A stretch of DNA of 34,456 nt, from positions 1-34,456 of the forward strand of contig JAZDLZ010000765.1 in NCBI GenBank assembly GCA_043801535.1, written 5' to 3'. This document shows, piece after piece, positions 1 to 5,014 of the stretch. How positions within the stretch are numbered: position 1 is the first letter of the stretch; each line of letters opens with the position of its first letter. The notes under the pieces were generated by a model. The model saw nothing but the letters and a program-made list of their open reading frames with translations, was not told the DNA's origin and did no database searches. A program made the position numbers and the translations under genes. The stretch comes from Pseudomonadota bacterium. GTDB lineage: Bacteria > Myxococcota_A > Polyangia > Haliangiales > SHYZ01.

Positions 1-159
1 CCGCTGCCTAGCGCCATCCTGGAGGCCTCCAGCGAGGTCGACCGGGCAGGGGAGGCTGCCGCTACCGGGCAGGGCACGGAGGATGCCCTCATGGCGGCCA
101 TCTGGCGTCTCGAGCAGGCATGGCGGGCCTGGGGAGGCCCGCTGGCGAGGATCGCGTAA
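1..159 (+). CDS. 3' end of an upstream ORF (last 52 codons, function unknown)
   Basis: Frame 1 is open from the window edge to TAA at 157-159. Third codon positions are GC-rich like the neighbouring genes. No recognisable motif. Confidence 0.3.
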   Translation, partial: PLPSAILEASSEVDRAGEAAATGQGTEDALMAAIWRLEQAWRAWGGPLARIA

Positions 160-162
160 GAA

Positions 163-195
163 TTGCGTTCTCCGTCGAAGTGTGTAAAGTATACG
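163..195 (+). promoter_or_regulatory. Possible sigma-70-type promoter for the small-ORF/cas12/CRISPR operon
   Basis: TTGCGT (163-168) is followed 16 nt later by TAAAGT (185-190), in the only AT-richer gap (160-221) upstream of the operon. GGGAAGGG (206-213) precedes ATG 222. This is a by-eye match only and the host consensus is unknown. Confidence 0.2.
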
Positions 196-221
196 CATGC
201 TCGACGGGAAGGGCCTAAGAT

Positions 222-683
222 ATGGGGTATCAAGCCAAAATCCAATCGTCGGCCGTCTGCGACCAATCGGCCCTCGGTGGATGTGTGGGCGCGATTACAG
301 TTTTTCGGTGCAGAGAACTCGGATGTCAATTCCACATCAAACGCTGTACGGTCCATTCGGGAAAGCGAATAGGTAGCGCATTCGCGGCGCACGCAAAAAT
401 CGCCCACCCGCGCAAGTACCGGGCTCTGCGGACTCGACGGGCAGTGCGGATAGGTCAGCGCAACGCTCCGCGAGTGCCAGTGCCGCAGACCATGCATCAG
501 TGTCGACGATGCGGACTGTCGATCCGATACCCGAAGCTCAATCAGCACCTCTGGGATGCTCACGGGATAGCCGAGGAGGCACGCCTGGCGGTGACACACT
601 TTGTGTCGGAGTCGTCGGAGCAGACTGTGTCGACTACTCCGACGAAGACATCGCAGAGCTGCGACGACAGCGACCTCGAGTGA
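222..683 (+). CDS. Small Cys/His-rich (C2H2-like zinc-finger) protein with an acidic Ser/Thr-rich tail
   Basis: CRRCGLSIRYPKLNQHLWDAH fits C-x2-C-x11-H-x4-H. There is also an upstream Cys/His-rich stretch, FRCRELGCQFHIKRCTVH...AAHAKIAH. By hand count, GC3 is about 73% for 492-683 and about 60% for 222-491, so the start could be ATG 492 instead of ATG 222. The stop TGA 681-683 overlaps GTG 680 of the next ORF. Confidence 0.45.
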   Translation: MGYQAKIQSSAVCDQSALGGCVGAITVFRCRELGCQFHIKRCTVHSGKRIGSAFAAHAKIAHPRKYRALRTRRAVRIGQRNAPRVPVPQTMHQCRRCGLSIRYPKLNQHLWDAHGIAEEARLAVTHFVSESSEQTVSTTPTKTSQSCDDSDLE

Positions 684-958
684 GAGGCGATTGCGAAAGC
701 GGAGCCAGACCATGTCCGTGGGTGGGCTGCCGGTATCACCTCTACCTGCACGTCACTGCCGCCGGGGCACTGCGGATCGAGTACCCCGACCGCGACCCCG
801 ACGAGATACCAGAGACCTGTGTTCTCGACGTGGCCGAGCATGACTTCCTCACTTTCGACGACATCGGACGATTCCTCGGCGTGACCAGCGGCCGGATTCA
901 ACAGATTGAGGCGAGTGCGCTGCGGAAAATGAAACGAAAAATGAAGGAGCCACAATGA
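680..958 (+). CDS. Sigma-70 region-4-type helix-turn-helix DNA-binding protein with an N-terminal Cys/His cluster
   Basis: The C-terminus ETCVLDVAEHDFLTFDDIGRFLGVTSGRIQQIEASALRKMK matches the region 4.2 HTH pattern, preceded by CESGARPCPWVGCRYHL. A GTG 680 start is chosen because the longer 500-679 extension has only about 51% GC3. The stop TGA 956-958 overlaps the effector ATG 955 (ATGA). Confidence 0.6.
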   Translation: MRGDCESGARPCPWVGCRYHLYLHVTAAGALRIEYPDRDPDEIPETCVLDVAEHDFLTFDDIGRFLGVTSGRIQQIEASALRKMKRKMKEPQ

Positions 959-2790
959 TCGACGAACGAAGCAAACGAGTCTACGCCTATGGCTGTCGTG
1001 CTCCCATGGCAGGGAGCGAGGCGTTCGAGGCGCAGCTACGACTCGCGCACAATTACTACAATCGTTTGATCGAAATCGAAAGGACTCGACGGGAAAAGTA
1101 TCATGAATTGTGCGGTCGGTATCAGGAGGTCGTCGAGGTCGACGCGGCACTGACGGCGGTCAACGCGGCGCTCGACATGATCTATGGAGTAATCGCTGCC
1201 TCGAAAATGAAAGGACGCAGTCGGAAGGCTGTCGATCCGCAGAATACCGTCGAGGCTAAGCGACTCCAGCAACAACGGAGGTTTTTGTACGATCGACGGA
1301 AAAAGGCCGAGTCTGCGGCGAAGAAAAATCACCCGGAGCTGATGCTCGAGCTGGAGCAGATGCAGCTCCAGACTCGGATGTTCGTGAAGTCGGCAAGAGG
1401 AGAGTATTCCGCCAAAGGGCTTTACTGGGGAACCTATCTGATCATCGAGCAGGCATACGAGCTCGCGAAGAAATCACACGGACCGCCACATTTCCGTCGA
1501 TGGGACGGCACGGGACAAATCGCAGTGCAAATTCAGCATGGCAAGCCCGTCGAAGAAATCATTGGCGGTGCTGATGGCCGGCTGCAAATCGATGCTATTG
1601 ATTCGGCAGCATGGAGTGGCTCTCGCGGCGAGCGCCGGCGAGCGACTCGGACGATGGTCAGAATTCGTGCGCACAGCGATGACAAGAAGGATCCCGTCTG
1701 GGTGGAGCTGCCCGTTGTGTTGCATCGTCCGATGCCGGCGGGAGGTCGCATTTGGTGGGCGCGGTTGTGTCGCAAGCGTGTGGCCGGGACGTTTGAGTAC
1801 GAGCTTCAGATCACGGTGGATATCCCAATCCCGTCGGTGGAAGTCGATCCTCGAACGGCAGTCGGAGTCGATTTGGGATGGCGGCGCAGAGACGACGGAA
1901 TCCGTGTGCTGACCTGGCAGTGGCAAGATGGCCGGCGTGGGGAGCTACGCTGTGATACCATGACCGAGGCTACGATGGCTCATGCACAATCGTTGCAGTC
2001 GATCCGCGGCAAGAATCTCGATGCTATGCGTGCTGGCATGGTCGAGTGGATGCGTGGACATCCATTGCCCGAGTGGATGACGGAATCGACGGATACATTC
2101 GGGTTGTGGCGGTCTCCAGGAAGATTTGCAGCACTGGCGATCCGCTGGCGAAACCTGCGATTCGACGGAGATGCGGAGGGGTTCGATCTGCTCGAAGCAT
2201 GGCGCAAGCAGGACCGGCATCTTTGGGAGTGGCAATCTCACGAGGTGCAAAAGGCTATTCTTCGACGGAGAGAGCAGTATCGGGTTTGGGCACGGGGTAT
2301 CGTGAGACAGTCGTCTTTGATCGCCATCGAAGATTTCGATTTGCGCCAGATGGCGCGGCAGACTCCGCCGGAGGAGCCGGGGAAGTACGATGATCTGGCG
2401 CGTGCTCAGCGTATCGTGACAGCTCCGAGCACAGCACGCCAGGCGCTTGAGCAAGCGGCAGCGTCGGCAGGAGTGCCAGTGATCAAGGTGCCCTGCCCTG
2501 GGACGACGTACATCTGCCGGGAGTGCGGGTGTGCCTGCGAGTGGGATCAGGCGCGCGAGATCAGACATACCTGCGAGGGCTGCGGGCGAGAGTGGGACCA
2601 GGATGAGAACGCCGCGACGAATATTTTACGAGCGGGTCAGGGATACGTGGCATCAGGCAAGCTGCTCGCAGACCAGATCGCGAAGAAAAACAAAGCATTG
2701 CGAGGAGGGAGATTCCAGCGACGTGCTGCGGCAAAGGTAGAAGTGGTGATCGCTCGAAAAGCTCTCGACACGTCGAGTGAAATCGGATAG
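955..2790 (+). CDS. cas12: Miniature type V CRISPR effector (TnpB/Cas12-family RuvC nuclease, 611 aa); subtype unresolved (Cas12f/Cas12m-like size)
   Basis: RuvC-I is VGVDLGW (D306, nt 1870-1872). RuvC-II is SLIAIEDFD (E459, nt 2329-2331). RuvC-III is WDQDENAATNIL (D550, nt 2602-2604). A CxxC...CxxC zinc ribbon (YICRECGCACEW...HTCEGCGREW; C521/C524/C540/C543) sits between RuvC-II and RuvC-III. The N-terminus is TnpB-like (KRVYAYGCRAP...LRLAHNYYNRLIEIER). AAGGAG lies at 944-949. A CRISPR array starts 14 nt downstream. Confidence 0.85.
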   Translation: MIDERSKRVYAYGCRAPMAGSEAFEAQLRLAHNYYNRLIEIERTRREKYHELCGRYQEVVEVDAALTAVNAALDMIYGVIAASKMKGRSRKAVDPQNTVEAKRLQQQRRFLYDRRKKAESAAKKNHPELMLELEQMQLQTRMFVKSARGEYSAKGLYWGTYLIIEQAYELAKKSHGPPHFRRWDGTGQIAVQIQHGKPVEEIIGGADGRLQIDAIDSAAWSGSRGERRRATRTMVRIRAHSDDKKDPVWVELPVVLHRPMPAGGRIWWARLCRKRVAGTFEYELQITVDIPIPSVEVDPRTAVGVDLGWRRRDDGIRVLTWQWQDGRRGELRCDTMTEATMAHAQSLQSIRGKNLDAMRAGMVEWMRGHPLPEWMTESTDTFGLWRSPGRFAALAIRWRNLRFDGDAEGFDLLEAWRKQDRHLWEWQSHEVQKAILRRREQYRVWARGIVRQSSLIAIEDFDLRQMARQTPPEEPGKYDDLARAQRIVTAPSTARQALEQAAASAGVPVIKVPCPGTTYICRECGCACEWDQAREIRHTCEGCGREWDQDENAATNILRAGQGYVASGKLLADQIAKKNKALRGGRFQRRAAAKVEVVIARKALDTSSEIG

Positions 2791-2804
2791 ATAGAGAGTG
2801 CGCA

Positions 2805-3571
2805 GTAGCAAAGGCTGCTCGGAGCCTTCGTGTCCGAGACAGCGAGTAGCAAATCCGGCGGGGCCTGATATGCGTGTAGCAAAGGCTGCTCGGAGCCTTC
2901 GTGTCCGAGACGGTGTACCGGGCCGTATGCCGTGCGCTGGCCGACCGAGCGTAGCAAAGGCTGCTCGGAGCCTTCGTGTCCGAGACCTAGTTCCTTGTTC
3001 AATTCCGACGACGACGAAGGGGTAGCAAAGGCTGCTCGGAGCCTTCGTGTCCGAGACATATGCAATCCGTGCAGGACGATCGAGGTGAATCGTGTAGCAA
3101 AGGCTGCTCGGAGCCTTCGTGTCCGAGACGCAGCAACGGAGCGAGGCGTCGCGATCGCGCACACCAGTAGCAAAGGCTGCTCGGAGCCTTCGTGTCCGAG
3201 ACGCGAGCAACAGATCCGGCGGGGCCTGATATGCGTAGGTAGTAGCAAAGGCTGCTCGGAGCCTTCGTGTCCGAGACAGCGACCCGAAGACCGGGATGGT
3301 TTTCGACATCCCGACCGTAGCAAAGGCTGCTCGGAGCCTTCGTGTCCGAGACCGGTGCGCGAGTATCACGCATCGCCACCAGATGATGAGTAGCAAAGGC
3401 TGCTCGGAGCCTTCGTGTCCGAGACGGCATCAGCCACGAGGCCGCCCGCAAGCGATTCCAGGTAGCAAAGGCTGCTCGGAGCCTTGGTGTCCGAGACTGT
3501 GGTCGTTCCGCCGTCCGTCCATCCAAGCGGTCCCCGTAGCAAAGGCTGCTCGGAGCCTTCGTGTCCGAGAC
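2805..3571 (+). CRISPR. CRISPR array: 11 x 36-bp repeat GTAGCAAAGGCTGCTCGGAGCCTTCGTGTCCGAGAC with 10 spacers of 35-39 bp
   Basis: Repeats start at 2805, 2876, 2951, 3022, 3094, 3167, 3242, 3317, 3390, 3462 and 3536. Ten repeats are identical; repeat 10 has C25G (CCTTGGTGT). Spacer lengths are 35, 39, 35, 36, 37, 39, 39, 37, 36 and 38 nt. Flanking bases vary, so the repeat boundaries are exact. The + orientation is inferred from the position of the variant repeat and of a 9-nt remnant (GTCCGAGAC, 3582-3590) at the right end, and from co-orientation with cas12. Confidence 0.97.
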
Positions 3572-3630
3572 GGATGAGCACGTCCGAGACCCCGTCGAGA
3601 GTAGACCAAGCGGGGTGGTAGAGTACGACC

Positions 3631-4377
3631 ATGATTTCTTGCATTTGCTGCACATCTGCCTCCCGCGCATGGTGCCTTCCGCTCGCCATCCGCGCCTTCA
3701 GCCGCCAGACCTACGCAGCGTGGGACCGTGAGTTGGTCATCGTCACCGATGGCACCGACGCAGACCGAGACATCGTCGCTGCAATCGCCAGCGGTCATCC
3801 GGGCGTCGAGCACTATCACATCCCATCCAAGCCAGGCGCTACCCGACGGATCACCCTCGGAGAGAAACGCAACCTGGCCATCGTGCATGCCCGCGGCGAT
3901 TGGCTCTGCCATTGGGATGACGACGATTGGCATTCCCCCGACCGACTCACCCGGGCGATCAAGGAGCTGGCGTTGCAAGGAGCTCGAGCCGCTGGCATGA
4001 CCTCGTTGCTGTTCCACGAGCTCACGGGAGACCGGCGGACGTTCCGCTATCGCTACAGCGGCAAGCCTTACCTCGTGGGCGGAACCATGCTTTATCATCG
4101 CAATGACTGGCGGGACATCCGATTTCCCCGCAGGCAGGAGGGCGAGGATTCCGTCTTCGCCTTCGAGCTCTGTCGACGGGTAACCGTGGCCATCGTCGAC
4201 GACCTCAGTCACTACGTGGCGCTGCGGCACGGGAATAACACGTCGCATCGAGGGCAGACGAATCCTCGGCCGCCCAAGTGGGTGCAGTGGGAGGGCGATA
4301 TCCGGAGTATCATGGGGCAGGATCTCGACGAATACGAAAGGGCATTGCATGGGAGCCGCGAAAACCAAGAGCGATGA
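3631..4377 (+). CDS. Family 2 (GT-A fold) glycosyltransferase
   Basis: ISCICCTSASRAWCLPLAIRAFSRQTYAAWDRELVIVTDGTDAD resembles the GT2 N-terminal signature. An acidic HWDDDDW motif (DxD-like) is present. 248 aa. Confidence 0.65.
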   Translation: MISCICCTSASRAWCLPLAIRAFSRQTYAAWDRELVIVTDGTDADRDIVAAIASGHPGVEHYHIPSKPGATRRITLGEKRNLAIVHARGDWLCHWDDDDWHSPDRLTRAIKELALQGARAAGMTSLLFHELTGDRRTFRYRYSGKPYLVGGTMLYHRNDWRDIRFPRRQEGEDSVFAFELCRRVTVAIVDDLSHYVALRHGNNTSHRGQTNPRPPKWVQWEGDIRSIMGQDLDEYERALHGSRENQER

Positions 4378-5014
4378 GCGCAAGATTCGCATCGAGTACA
4401 TGCCACTGTCACAAGTCGTGCGAGCGCCGCGCAATCCGCGCTGGCATGCGGACAAGGACATTCAGGCGAGCATCGAGGCGTTTGGCTACGTCCAGCCAGC
4501 AATTCTCGATGAGAGAACGGGCAAGCTGGTGGCAGGCCACGGCAGACTGGATGCGTTGCTGGCCATGAAGCAGGAAGGCAAGCCGCCGCCTCCAGGAATC
4601 GCAGTCACTCCCGACGACTGGAAGCTCCCAGTCATTCGTGGCGTCTCGTTCCGCACGCAGGAGGAGGCCGAGGCCTTCTTGCTCGCCGACAATCAGACGA
4701 CTGTTTTAGGCGGGTGGCACGACGACAAGCTGGCAGCCATCCTCAAGGATCTCCAAGCGTCCGACCAGGCAATCATCGGATGGGCACAGGAAGAAGTTGA
4801 TGTTTTGCTGGGTGCGGACCTCGAGCTAGAAATTCCAACACTAGACGACCCATCACCCGACGATGGGTTGCGCGAGTACAAGTTTCGCGTTTCCGAGGAG
4901 GAGACAGCCACCGTCGATCGTGCGTTTGTCGCGCAACGCGGAAAGCGACGGGAAGCTGATGATGCCAGGCTATTCGTCGCCATCTGTCGGGCTTTTCTGA
5001 AACTGCCGGAATGA
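4349..5014 (+). CDS. ParB/Srx-fold (ParB-like nuclease domain) protein
   Basis: IRIEYMPLSQVVRAPRNPRWH ... KLVAGHGRLDAL matches ParB N-terminal domain motifs (NPR, GHxR). It overlaps the GT2 3' end by 29 nt. The start is uncertain (ATG 4400 is an alternative). Confidence 0.6.
   Translation: MGAAKTKSDERKIRIEYMPLSQVVRAPRNPRWHADKDIQASIEAFGYVQPAILDERTGKLVAGHGRLDALLAMKQEGKPPPPGIAVTPDDWKLPVIRGVSFRTQEEAEAFLLADNQTTVLGGWHDDKLAAILKDLQASDQAIIGWAQEEVDVLLGADLELEIPTLDDPSPDDGLREYKFRVSEEETATVDRAFVAQRGKRREADDARLFVAICRAFLKLPE

Noticed and set aside
160-491. Searched this upstream region, and 3572-3630, for a tracrRNA anti-repeat complementary to the 36-bp repeat.
   Set aside because: Only scattered 5-6-nt matches were found by eye (for example CTCGGA at 319-324 and GCTCCG at 464-469), nothing approaching a 12-nt duplex. 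The region may instead be the 5' part of ORF 222-683. A computational scan is still needed.
500-679. A long N-terminal extension of the HTH ORF (track ORF 500-958, 152 aa).
   Set aside because: By hand count GC3 is about 51% in this frame versus about 73% for the overlapping frame 492-683. The recognisable domain begins only after 680, where GTG overlaps the upstream stop.
955-2790. The possibility that the 611-aa protein is just an autonomous IS200/IS605- or IS607-type TnpB.
   Set aside because: There is no tnpA (Y1 or serine recombinase) nearby. No transposon-end-like hairpins flank it. It is in an overlapping operon and is followed immediately by a bona fide multi-spacer array. This is not fully excluded without phylogeny.
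3582-3616. A possible terminator after the array: ACCCCG (3589-3594) pairing with CGGGGT (3611-3616).
   Set aside because: The stem is only 6 bp with a 16-nt loop and no downstream T-tract. The GT2 start at 3631 suggests read-through is more likely.
2637-3689. Seven ORFs of 75-247 aa on both strands covering the CRISPR array (for example 2637-3323 -, 2653-3396 -, 2999-3670 -, 2932-3393 +).
   Set aside because: Their translations are periodic copies of the translated repeat (RTRRLRAAFAT / SKGCSEPSCPR / GHEGSEQPLL). They are artefacts of a stop-free 36-bp repeat, not genes.
3430-4461. A 343-aa minus-strand ORF antisense to the GT2 gene. There are similar antisense ORFs at 28336-29268, 29542-30528, 21291-22013 and 17350-18066.
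   Set aside because: The sense strand carries clear family signatures and operon-style start/stop overlaps. The antisense products are low-complexity and Arg/Ser/Gly-rich.
4349-5014. The ParB-like ORF as part of a plasmid-prophage partition system.
   Set aside because: There is no ParA/Walker ATPase partner and no obvious parS-like repeat cluster. The protein has only the N-terminal ParB/Srx-type domain signature.
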